NCBI GenBank assembly: GCA_043228905.1 | Contig: JBHGNT010000001.1 | Location: 22,630,001-22,694,000, forward strand | Reading direction: 5' to 3' | DNA from: Azolla caroliniana | Taxonomy: Eukaryota > Plantae > Polypodiophyta | Length of the DNA: 64,000 bases | Part shown: positions 10,801 to 21,759 of the stretch, one piece after another | How the letters are laid out: every line of letters begins with the position of its first letter | How positions within the stretch are numbered: the stretch's first letter is position 1 | Translations under genes and position numbers: made by a program | The notes under the pieces: generated by a model | Told to the model about the DNA's origin: nothing | The model's input: the letters and a program-made list of their open reading frames with translations, nothing else | Database searches by the model: none

Positions 10801-12691
10801 TGGTTTCAGCTTGCCTTTAGAACAGGTGAGGTATGGGATCTCCAGGATAGAATATTTGGCATGTGGGAGCGCAAGGAGGTCAAAGGTCAACGGGCAAAGA
10901 AGGCCAAGGTAGATCCACAAGTGGAGATGAAGACAAAGTCACGTAAAAGTGACTTATTTATTGAGGAGTTGGCCGAAGATATGAAGTTGCTACCTTGGAG
11001 GTCACTACAAGGAATTAAAGACGATAGATTGTTAATATCTGTGTTGTCTCGAGTTGCAGCCAAGGAGTTTAGCTTGGACGAGATGGTGACTGAGTTACAA
11101 AAGTATGTAAAATTGAAATGTTTTTCTTTATTCTTGTGCATTTCCTTTGATAACTGATTTCACATTTAATATTTTATTTTTAGTCATAAAGTATACATGA
11201 AGATACAAGAATTGATGATGAAAAAATTGTGCCTACCAACCTGGGAAGAAGTCGAACAAGCTTGCCCAATAACATCATCATATAAGGCATTAGAAGAGTT
11301 CTTCATTGTATTTAGAGAATGGGTATGTGTATTTTCAATTTGAAAAGATTCAATTATCATTTATCAGATATATTCCTTATAGGAAATGAATTTTGCAGAA
11401 ACCACCTCGATCAAAGAAAGTTGGTGATAGTAATGACGGTATTCCAAGTTCGTTCATTACGCACTTGGAACGTGCTAAATACGAAAAAAGAATGACAAAG
11501 GGAAAGGAGTTGGAAGTGCCAGAGGACTTCGCAACAGTAAAAAGTTTTTTGCATAGAGCTGACCCTTTCAAACAATTACATTATAGTGTATTCCAGGGGG
11601 ATGTGGTGAATATGCTCGACATATTACCAAAAAGGCACTATACATTACTTATTGCTGATATACCGTACGGATTCCGGATCACGGGTTCCATGTTCGATGA
11701 TGTGCCTTTCAAGTACCCCCAGATTGAGAAGATGGTAAAGGACTTCGCAGAGTTGACCTTAGCACCATTGTGGAGGATAGTCATATTTCATAGCATGGGT
11801 CAATCATTGTCAGTCACAACTGCTTTAAAGTCACGATGTCATGCAACAGAGCATATGCATTGGTGAGTTATACGTTGTTTTTTGATAATATTCTCTTAGA
11901 TATGTGGTTTATATATGTTCCATTCAAATTTTAACTCATTTGTTTTGGGTTCAATAGGATTAAAACAAATATTACACGTAGCCCGGGCGATCGTATGGTT
12001 AGTGCAGTTGAGCATCTTAGTGTGGGTTATTATGATGTAATAACGAAGAAGAAGGCTCGGGCACACGTTAATGAAAGAAACGTTGTGAATTATATAATGT
12101 GCCCAGCTGTGACAAAGAAGCTTCGACATGTATCAGGTGAAAAGAGCCTTGTGAACCCTTATCAAAAACCTCAAAGATTGATCAACCGCTTAATCGAGCT
12201 CTTCTCAAACCCAGATGATTGGGTTCTTGATTTGTTCTCTGGCACAGGTATATGTAATATAAGTTTAGTCTCGTTAATTTGATTAAGTTATAGACTTTCA
12301 TTATTATTTTGACTTCTGCACTTCTATTTTACGATCAGGTACTACTACAGCTTGTGCATTAAAAATGTTCAGAAACTGTGTCGCGTTGGAGAAGGACCCT
12401 GAACAAGTTAACTACATCAAAATGAGGATCCAAGGAATCTGGGATTGTCCGGATCAAGATCAAGAAGTCGGAGCGAAGCACATCAATGAAACAGAGAGGT
12501 TTCAGATGACTTCGAGAGAGCCAATGGAACCTATAGATGAAGACGCAGGGGACCTTGTGGACCTAGAAGACGTAATAGAATTTGAACATATGCATGGTTC
12601 AGCGGAGCAAACAATCAATGCTACAGAGGACAATTTAGAAGAGTCCATTCATCCAGAAGAGCCCACATTGCCTGACTTGCTTATAGATTGA
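7822..12691 (+). CDS. Spliced gene (~969 aa): ParB/Srx-like domain fused to a beta-class N4-cytosine/N6-adenine DNA methyltransferase
   Basis: Predicted exons are 7822-7847, 9465-11102, 11184-11322, 11399-11862, 11958-12247 and 12339-12691. All introns are GT-AG with matching phases, total 2910 nt, no internal stop. Motif IV-like LLIADIPYG (DIPY at 11657-11668) precedes W-x-K-x-N and YQKPQRLINRLIELFS-x-PDDWVLDLFSGTGTT...RNCVALEKD (motif I). A ParB-like segment spans ~10230-10670 (YVIGGSHSAEA...LTHEEAKLLAWDHN). Exon 1 is the least certain exon. Confidence 0.85.
7992..9047. repeat. Array of ~22 palindromes AATCCGATGCA-N-TGCATCGGATT in predicted intron 1
   Basis: Copies start at 7992, 8033, 8100, 8151, 8202, 8243, 8294, 8345, 8416, 8467, 8508, 8559, 8600, 8651, 8692, 8743, 8784, 8835, 8876, 8927, 8968 and 9019. 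Spacing is mostly 41 or 51 bp. Confidence 0.95.
9060..9425 (+). repeat. Degenerate TTTAGGTG / TTTACGTG simple repeat tract
   Basis: Repeated TATTTAGGTGT and TTTACGTGT units with a strong G/T strand bias. Confidence 0.8.
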
Positions 12692-12831
12692 TTTCTATGG
12701 TTAGGTGTATTATTTGAACGATATTAAATGATAGACATTGACTTGTGACTATTGTTTCATTTGAACACAGTTAAAACTTAAAGTTTGAGTTTATTTGGCA
12801 AAGTGTATAATTTGAATGGTATTAATGTTTT

Positions 12832-12930
12832 ACATGTTCTTCAACCTTTCTTTGGAAAGTCTGCAAGGGTTTTTATAGATGATTTTGGCCATCAATAGTG
12901 CAAAGATGGGTCATCTAGAAACGTTGTGTG
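12832..12930 (+). pseudogene. Short gypsy-type reverse transcriptase fragment inside the DNA transposon
   Basis: Translates HVLQPFFGKSARVFIDDFG, which resembles the Y/FxDD region of gypsy RT. Confidence 0.5.
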
Positions 12931-13357
12931 CGGATAATCTTTAGTATTTGATTTATGTATAATTTGACTAAGTCTATAATTTTAAGGGTATTAAATGTTT
13001 ATCTTTGACTTCTACCTTCTAGAGTTATAACACTATTAAGTTTTAAAGTTTGACGTATTATATGTGATTATATTATAAAATTAGCATCTATGTGATTCTT
13101 GGCGTGGGCAACTATTTTTATCTTCGCCACAATTACGGTTCAAATGATTAAAGTTGCATATAATTCCATTCCGTTAATTTAGAATTTCACAAAAAACATG
13201 ACATATGAAATATAAGGCTATTGATTTTCTTGACATAAAATTATTTAGTTGAAATTTTTGCTATGTTTTAAGGAACCATGTACGCATGCGTGGTACCTTT
13301 TTGAAATTCTGCTAAAATAAGGCATATTTTAACATCTCCTCAAGATGTGAAAAAGAG

Positions 13358-13394
13358 AATGCGACATATTACCTGTTTCAAATGTCCCGGTGTT
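13358..13394 (-). repeat. Right terminal inverted repeat (37 bp)
   Basis: AATGCGACATATTACCTGTTTCAAATGTCCCGGTGTT is followed by the TSD TAGA. Confidence 0.95.
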
Positions 13395-14233
13395 TAGAGT
13401 TCTTCTTGTTGTCTATATGTCTGTCTATCTGTCTCTCTCACCTACTTTGCATATCGGTTGAGCCGTTTGTGATCCACAAGAAGATCATGGAACTCCTTCG
13501 CTATTTCGAGTAATTCCCGAAGCGAAAATTCCACCCGGCTATCGAGGATTCTCTCTTCGAACACTCTTTTCAAGTCCGTCTATTGTTCGATGTCCAAGGC
13601 GAGTTTGAATGCCGAAATCGTCTTTTCTTTCCCCTTCCCTCTAGAGTTCCAGCTTTCTGGTGTCTTTGATGGTCCAGCCACATCATCCGTGCGCCATCGT
13701 TTCTTGTCTACATACACCTCATGCAATTGGCATAGGCGTGTAAACTATTCTTATCAATGGAGCACTCCCATCCCGTAGCTTCTCGGATGCCTTCCGCCGT
13801 GCTTCGGATATCGTTGGAATCGGTTTTCTCGGGGTTTTCTAGCACTTCTGGCCAAAAAGGCGCCTTTGCTCCCAATGACTCCCCGACACGTATTCCCGCA
13901 GTTGTCGCATACTTGCTTTTCGCCGCTATTTCATCCTCGAGGACTTTCTTCAAGCCACCTTTCCGGAAGTTCGGTTGGAGTGGCTTCTGAGAGTCCATCG
14001 AATGGATCCGATTTCCCTCGTAGTAGATAAGATCCCGTCGTAACGCCTCCTTGTGCTCGTTGCAATCCCTATGATCATGTTCGGTGTTATCGCACCATAT
14101 GTACCGACAGTCCATATACTTGGAGCATGTGGGACAGTCATCTGACTTCTTTACCATCACAATTTTTCAAATTCTCCATTTCTTTCAGCAACTGCTCCAC
14201 CGTGGTTGCATCGATTCCCTTCTCGGTCGTAGT

Positions 14234-14285
14234 TGTGACTTGAGAATAGGAGAGAGAAAAATAAGATGACAGTAGAAGGTAGAGG

Positions 14286-14321
<36 letters not shown>

Positions 14322-14699
14322 ACTAGAAATGGAAAGAGAGTTTATATTATAAGAGAGCAAGGATTACAAAGAGTAGGCCAAGGGGCTACAAACTGGTGTT
14401 GAACCGAATGAGTTGTGATGAATGAATAGACACCTATTTATAGGTCCTTATGGAGTATTCTAGAATGTTCTAGAATATTTTAGATATTTATGATATTTAA
14501 TATAATCATGGAATATCCTAGAATGTTCTAGAATACTCTAGAATGTTCTAGAATACTCTAAATGTCTTGTAATAACTAATAATACATTTATTATAAATAT
14601 ACATCATATATGTTAGTATAATGGTTAAAGGTCTAACATATAGACCAAGACGTCTTGGGCTGGAATCCTTGTAAGGCGAAAATGTATGTCATCATGACA
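14234..14699 (-). repeat. 3' LTR of chromovirus
   Basis: Near-identical to 23770-24244. Confidence 0.9.
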
Positions 14700-14732
14700 T
14701 TATCCCCCCTTTTCGACGACGAGTTCCATGAG

Positions 14733-15305
14733 TCGGAAGACAAGATTTCGGACTTGGCTTATGAGGATATTTGTTGTCAAATGCAACAACCATTTCAGAG
14801 GCATTAGCAAGATTCTGAAGAGGTTCCCATGTTCGATCATTAGGTGTATAACCTAACCAGTCAACCAAATAATACAATTTGTTGCGAACGATCTTGGAGT
14901 CGAGAATGACAGCAACTTCATATTCGGAAGACAAGATTTCAGACTTGGCTTATGAGGATATTTGTTGTGAAATGCAGCAACCATTTCGGAGGCATTAGCA
15001 AGATTCTGAAGAGGTTCCCATGTTCGATCATTAGGTGTATAACCTAACCAGTCAACCAAATAATACAGTTTGTTACGAACGATCTTGGAGTCGAGAATGG
15101 CAGCAACTTCATATTCGGAAGACAAGATTTCGGACTTGGCTTATGAGGATATTTGTTGTGAAATGCAGCAACCATTTCGGAGGCATTAGCAAGATTCTGA
15201 AGAGGTTCCCATGTTCGATCATTAGGTGTATAACCTAACCAGTCAACCAAATAATACAGTTTGTTGTGAACGATCTTGGAGTCGAGAATGGCAACAACTT
15301 CATAT
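14733..15305 (-). repeat. Tandem triplication (191-bp unit) of the chromodomain-coding segment
   Basis: YEVxxILDSKIVxNKLYYLVDWLGYTPNDRTWEP occurs three times. CATATTCG recurs at 14919, 15110 and 15301. Confidence 0.92.
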
Positions 15306-18300
15306 TCGAAGCCATCTGAAACTTCGATTGGAGGTGGGGGAGATGTAAGACGTCCTGGAATAGAGTTGGTTGTGTACAACTCCAAAAGTGAAGAAGACCG
15401 GGTGAAGATGCATATGAGGGGGAAGATCAAGGCGAAATGCCACATCATTGATCTTACCAGATATCACATATGGGCCAAAACGTTGATAATCCAATTTGCA
15501 GCAAGGTCAGGTTGTTTTAATGCAACCTTGTAAAAGCCATACTCGATCCCCCACTTGAAACGTAGTCGATGAATCACGTCGATGACGGTCGGAAACCTTC
15601 TTTTGAGTGTTTTGAGAATCACATAAATGGTGCAAAAGGATATCTTGAACTTCTTGGAGTCGGGTGAGCCTATCTTCAGAAGCCGGGTTTGTCGGGAGTT
15701 TGGGATGTTCAAGCATAGTCCAATGAGGATGGTACCCAATGTTTGCAAAAAATAAGGAATATCCAATAGAAGAATGTTCTGAGTTGTTGTAAGCAAATTC
15801 CGCCAAATGTAATAGATCAACCCAGTCATCTTGTTGATAGTGGACAAAACAACGAAGATATTGTTCTACTGTTTGGTTGGTGCGCTCACTCTGTCCGTTA
15901 GTTTCTGGATAGTAGCTGGAAGAGAGTTTGCAAGAAGTATGTAAGAGTTTGAACATGTGTTGCCAAAATTTTGAGATGAACTGGGGACCCCGATCACTGA
16001 TAATATCATCAGGAAGACCATGATGCCGAAACACCTCTCGCATGAGTAACTCGGCTGTCTCTTGGCTCGTAATGGCCTTTGTGAAGGGAAGAAAATGTGC
16101 CATCTTGGTAAAACGATCTACTACCGTGGGAATAGAATCAAAACCCTTGGAAGGTGGTAGATCCGTAATGAAGTCCAATGAAATAGATTTCCATGGACTC
16201 TTAGGAATAGGCATTGGCTGTAATAAGCCATATGGATGATGTCGAGGTTTTTTGGATCGGCAACATGTATCACAACTACAAACATAATCCGTAACAAAAT
16301 GGTGAAGTCGTGGCGACCAATACCTTCGAGAAATTAACGCCAAAGTCTTGTGGATGCCAAAATGTCCAACCATTGGTGTATCATGACATTGTTGCAAGAC
16401 TTGGAGTCGAGAAGGAGCATCAGGCACATATAAGAGATTTTGTCGAAAAAGTAAACCATCATGCCAATTGAACTGGTTGTAGTCTTGACGAGGATTTTGA
16501 GATTGTGAACAAGAAGCACGATCTGGGATAATATGGTTCAGAATATCTTGGGCGAATTCATCAGTCTCAATATGCTCCCGAATGGAGTCTAGAAGACTTG
16601 AATCCTCGGGTGTGTCTATAGCATGAAAAGCCATTAGTCGTAGACGGTCAAGACCCAAGAGGATTTGCTTCTGACTTTCAAATGCAACCTCTCCTGGTTG
16701 AAGTTCCATATATGAACACTGAGATAAAGCATCTGCTTTGCCTTGTTGCGTCCCAGGGCAATATAGAATTACGAAATCAAAATGAGTTAAAAACTGCACC
16801 CAATGAGCTTGTCGACGATTCAAGACTCGAGCACTTTGGAAGTACGTTAGATTTTTGTGATCATTATAGACAATGATTTGTTGAGACGAACCCTCCAAAA
16901 AATGAAACCATTGTTGAAAAGAATCCACAATGGCAAGAAGCTCTTTGTCGTGAATCTCATAGTTGATTTTTGCAGCTTCGAATTTCCATGAATGAAAAGC
17001 CACAGGGTGCAGTTGGCCATCATTGCTAATCTAGGATAATACGCTTCCTAGTGCGAAGTCAGATGCATCAGCTTCCAGTATAAAGTGCTTCAATGGATCA
17101 ACATGCATCAAAATTGGTGCGGATGTAAATGCTTGCTTTAATCCTTCAAATGCAGAGTTTGCATTTATACTCCACACAAATGGTTGATTCTTCTGTGTCA
17201 GTTAATTGAGGGGCAATACGATCTTTGAATAATCTTTGATGAACTTGCGATAAAATTTTGCGAACCCTAAAAAACATTGTACATCTCGCACAGACTGTGG
17301 TGTTTGCCAATCCAAAACAGTTTGAACCTTTGCTGGATCCATATAGATGCCATGTGAAGAGACTATGTACCCCATAATTCCACTTCACGTTTGTCAAAAC
17401 TACACTTCTCCAATTTTGCATAGAGACCATATTCATGCAACTGTTGCAAAGCTTGTCGAACGTGTATATCATGATCCTCTTGAGTTTTTGAGTAGATCAA
17501 GATATCATCTAGGTAAATTATGACGAAAATATCGAGGAAATCTCGAAAAATGTCATTCGCGATATGTTGGAAAACTGTTGGTGCATTCGTGAGACCAAAT
17601 GGCATCACTGTATACTCAAAATGGCCATAGCGAGTACGAAAAGTAGTCTTCCATTCATCCCCAAGACGAATTCGAACAAGATTGTAAGCACCTCGAAGAT
17701 CTAACTTTGTGAAATACTTAGCTCCATTGAGGCGTTCCAGAAGGCTCGAAATCAATGGTAGAGCATATCGGTTTCAAATAGTTACTTTATTCAATCCTCG
17801 ATAATCCATGACCAGACAAAGCGAACCATCTTTCTTCTTAACGAAAAATATGGGTGCGCCGGTAGGAGATCTTGAATGCTGGATAAACCCATTTCCCAAG
17901 TTCTCATCGATATATTCCTGAAGAACCTCTAACTCCGTGGGTGAAAGGTTATAAATTGGCCCCCATGGAGGCTCTTTTCTGGGCTACAAATCAATTGGGC
18001 AATCATATGGTCGATGCTTTGGTAGTCTATTGGCCTTCACCTTATCAAAAACATCGGAGAATTCTATATATTTCTTCGGTAGTTGGACCCCCGATTCTTG
18101 TGAGCTTGATGTGGGAGTTGCTAAAACTGCGAACACCAACATGTCTTCCTTCCGTCCTTCCTCATGTAATTGATGTATAGAGATTGTCGAAATCTTTTGG
18201 AATGTCATATCCTTTGTTGGAGTTTTAAGAGGCTCAGACTATATTGTGACTTCTTCAATGGTTCTTTTTCTCCAATCAATAGTTGGGTTATGTAGCTCAA

Positions 18301-18859
18301 ACCATGGAAGACCAAGAACTAGGGAGTGCTCTGGACTACTAATGATGTTGAATGAGATGACACTAGCCAAATTGCCTAGGACTACATGAATTGGTTCAGA
18401 CTCTTCAACTATATCTCCTGATGCTATGGGGCGTCCATCAATGACTCCAACTGACACTGGGCTTGGGAGCTTATGCAACTGAATATTATGCATTAAACAC
18501 GTTTGCGTTCACAAGTGGAAGGATCGCGCACAAGTGGAAGGATAAGGAATATTCCGTTTGATTTTGGGGTTTTTTTTGCCATTTCACAAAACGTCTTGAT
18601 ACTAGTATCACATGTTCTCCAAAACTTGATGAAAAAGTTGAAAATTTCACCATTTGGTAAAATTGAAAAATGCCAAATTTGGGTAAAATATGAAAAGTAA
18701 CTTTGTGGATTTTTAAAGAAAAATGACAACTAATAAGTTTTTAGATCTTAAAGAAATCAAAGTAGAATATTTCAAAACAATGAACGTTTTTATTCCATTC
18801 GATAAAATGTTGTCTAAATTTGTTACATATAGTTGCACAATAAATACATTTGGGAGTTA

Positions 18860-19310
18860 TTTGCATGACTATCATCATTCTTTTCATGAGAATCACTTCT
18901 ATAGATAATATACAATTGTGACTCTTCCTCCTCATCTTCCAATGTACCAATCAAATCATTGTCTTCACCAAATGGTATCTCCAAATTTTGTGCAATAAAT
19001 CTTCTTCGCCTTCAATCTGAGATATCTTCTAGACTTGCTAATATCTCTTTTATTATGCATATCGTCGTTGTCCTTATACATCCAACTTTTGTTTGTGTAA
19101 AGTCATACATAATGATATCCACCTCATTAATGTCAATGATAGATGTATTACAAAGGTTTAATACATCATCACGTCCAAAACTTTACCAATGCAGAATTGG
19201 TACCCTAGGTCATGGCCATCTACATGTGTAGCTATTAATATCCCCATCTTGAGTTCTTGCAATTTTCCTTCTCATCTGAGTTATGCTTGTGTTGTCATCC
19301 TTCGTTCCAA
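18860..19310 (-). pseudogene. Relic of transposase C-terminal domain
   Basis: The minus strand gives GKLQELKMGILIATHVDGHDLGYQFCIGKVLDVM and INEVDIIMYDFTQTKVGCIRTTTICIIKE. These match GNLHELQVGMLVATLAGDDELGHPFWIAKILDIM and LDNVDILVYDFSLTKTSHLRQTTIKILKE of the 917-aa protein. Confidence 0.85.
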
Positions 19311-19368
19311 CTATAAAGATTAACATTAAGTAGTGATTAAGAACCACGCGAACACTTTATGGACCATG

Positions 19369-21759
19369 TAAATGGCATTTTCAAGGTTCAATTACCATCA
19401 ACACAATTATTAATAGTTTTTTGTTAATCAATGATGCACATGTTCACCATAAAGTATCTTGTTGTACAACATACTTGTTTGCACTATCGATATGCATCTT
19501 TTTCTCTTGTTAAAACAAACATTTTAGTACGATTCAAGTTCATATTTAAAAAACCTCTTTTATTTGAAAAACAACAAGATTTTAAACATTAAGTCAATAT
19601 GTTGTATCGAGTTGATGTAAAAAATAGAGTTTTCATCATAATTCCATACAATGTATTGAATTCTTGCTCAAAGTTTTTATTACTGGATTTAAAAAATAAT
19701 GATAATAATAAATTGTGCTTGAGTTCATCTAGAAAACCATAATTTTTCATCACAATTCGATATAATGTATTGAGTTCATGCTTAAAGTAATTTTTTCTAA
19801 TTGTTTTCAATTTTGTTTCAATTTTTTGTCAATTTTTTAAATTTTTTTATTGATTTTGTTTTATTTTTTAAACATCAATTTGATACATTGTATCGAGTTG
19901 TGATAAAAGCTCTGGTTTTTTCATCACTTATTAAAGCTCAATTCTGTTTTAGAAAAAAAACAAAATACCAAAATAAAATAGAAAAAAATGTAATTGTTTT
20001 TTTAAAAATCCAAAATTAAACTTTTCATGTCATGATATGGTAGGACTTGAACCCATGACCTTATGCTACATGGGTCAAACTCTTGACCATTAGACCATAC
20101 ATTTTAGTACATAAAATATTATTTTTATCACTTATTAAAGCTTAAATTGTTTTTAGAAAACAAACAAAACACCAAAATAAAATAGGAAAAAATGTAATTA
20201 TTTATTTAAAAAAATCCGAAATAAAACTTTAAACATGAACTCGATACGGCGTATCGAGTTCATGTAAAAAAGTTAGCTTAGTTCATGTCATGATATGGTA
20301 GGACTCGAACCCATGACCTTACGCTACATGGGTCAAGCTTTTGACCATTAGACCATACATTGTAATACATAAAGTATTATTTTCATCACTTATTAAAAAT
20401 CAAATTGTTTTTAGAAAAAAAACAAAACACCAAAATAAAATAGGAAAAAATGTAAAAAAGTTAGCTTACTTCATGTCATGATATGGTAAGACTCGAACCC
20501 ATGACCTTTTGGTACATGGGTCAAGCTCTTGACCATTACACCATACATTGAAATACTATTTTCATCACATATTAAATCTTAATTTTTTTTAGAAAAAAAA
20601 ACAAAATACCAAAATAAAATAGGAAAAAATGTAATTATTTTTTTTAAAAAATCCAAAATAAAACTTTAAACATGAACTCGATACGGCGTATCGAGTTCAT
20701 GTCAAAAAGTTAGCTTTTCAACATGAACTCGATACGGCGTATCGAGTTCATGTACAAGAGTTAGCTTTTCAACATGAACTCGATACGCCGTATGGAGTTC
20801 ATGTAAAAGAGTTAGTTTTTCAATATGAAATAAAAAAAATCCGAAATAAAACTTTAAACATGAACTTGATACGCCGTATCGAGTTCATGTTGAAAAGATA
20901 ACTCTTGTACATGAACTCAATACGCCGTATTGAGTTCATGTAAAAGAATTAGATTAACTCATTTCATGATATGGTAGGACTCAAACCCATGACCTTATGC
21001 TACATGGGTCGAGCTCTTGACCATTAGACCATACATTGTAATATATAAAATATTATTTTCATTTTTACTATATCGAGCGTTCCTTGTATATTCTTGTCAC
21101 ACAATATATTGCTGTCATCATCATTCCCTCTCAATCCCTCTCTCTCTCTCTCACTCTCTCTATCTCTTCTTTTTTCAAGTGTTCTACACCTTAAATTCTT
21201 CTTCGTACTAATATTTCTCTCTTAGTACTAATTTCGTCTCTATCTTAGAATTTTTTTTTTGAGCTTTAATAAGTGATGAAAAAACTAGAGTTTTTATCAC
21301 AAGTCGATACAATGTATCGAGTTCATGTTTAAAATTATTAATTTTTCCATAAAAAAAATAAAAAATATTGAAACAAATTGAAAATGTTTTTTTAAAAATT
21401 AGAAAAAATTACTTTAAACATGAACTCGATACATTGTATTGAATTGTGATGAAGAATCTGGTTTTTCTATGAACTCAAGCTTAATTTATTATTATTATTA
21501 TTATTTAAATCTGGTAAAAAAAACTTTGAACATGAATTCAATATATTGTATAGAGTTATGATGAAAACTCTATTTTTTACTTCAATACAACATATCGTGT
21601 TCATGTTTAAAACTCTTGTTGTTTTTCAAATAAAAGAGGTTTTTTAAAGATGTATGTTGCACAACAAGATACCTTATGGTAAATGTGTGCTTCATTTATT
21701 AGAAGAAAACCATTAATAATTGTGTTGATGGTAATTGAACTTTGCAAATGCCATTTACT
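19369..21759. repeat. Long internal inverted repeat (arms ~19369-19940 and ~21255-21759) enclosing palindrome and tandem-repeat array
   Basis: The arms are reverse-complement matches (e.g. TTCAATTACCATCAACACAATTATTAAT). CATGAACTCGATACGGCGTATCGAGTTCATG palindromes occur at ~20233, 20671, 20722, 20773, 20859 and 20910. Confidence 0.85.
20035..21034 (-). other. Four tRNA-like (A-box/B-box) modules at ~20035-20100, 20293-20358, 20481-20546, 20969-21034
   Basis: The minus strand reads TGGTCTAATGGTC...CATGGGTTCGAGTCCTACC, with no convincing acceptor stem. Confidence 0.6.

Larger units (their letters stand above)
4422..13394 (-). mobile_element. Full-length Sola-like DNA transposon (8973 bp) carrying transposase plus ParB-methyltransferase cargo gene
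   Basis: Perfect 37-bp TIRs, with TAGA duplicated at 4418-4421 and 13395-13398. The sister LTR at 50772-50786 shows the empty site with a single TAGA. Both internal genes are intact. Confidence 0.92.
1..13478 (+). mobile_element. Degenerate Ty1/copia LTR retrotransposon (5' end outside window); its 3' LTR is split by the DNA transposon at 4422-13394
   Basis: Domain order is gag knuckle, protease (WYVDSGASNHM), integrase, RT (LHQMDVKNAF, LYVD), RNaseH. A purine tract TTGAGGAGGAG precedes TG at 4115. The LTR resumes after 13398 and ends in CA at 13478. Confidence 0.9.

Noticed and set aside
11393-12691. Three separate small genes (157, 95, 108 aa)
   Set aside because: They join through phase-compatible GT-AG introns into one methyltransferase domain; motif I is split by the last intron.
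4422-13394. Bacterial contamination or prophage (ParB plus methylase)
   Set aside because: It has spliceosomal introns, TIRs with a TSD, and a precise insertion in a plant-type LTR.
20035-21034. Functional tRNA genes
   Set aside because: A and B boxes are present, but there is no convincing acceptor or anticodon stem.
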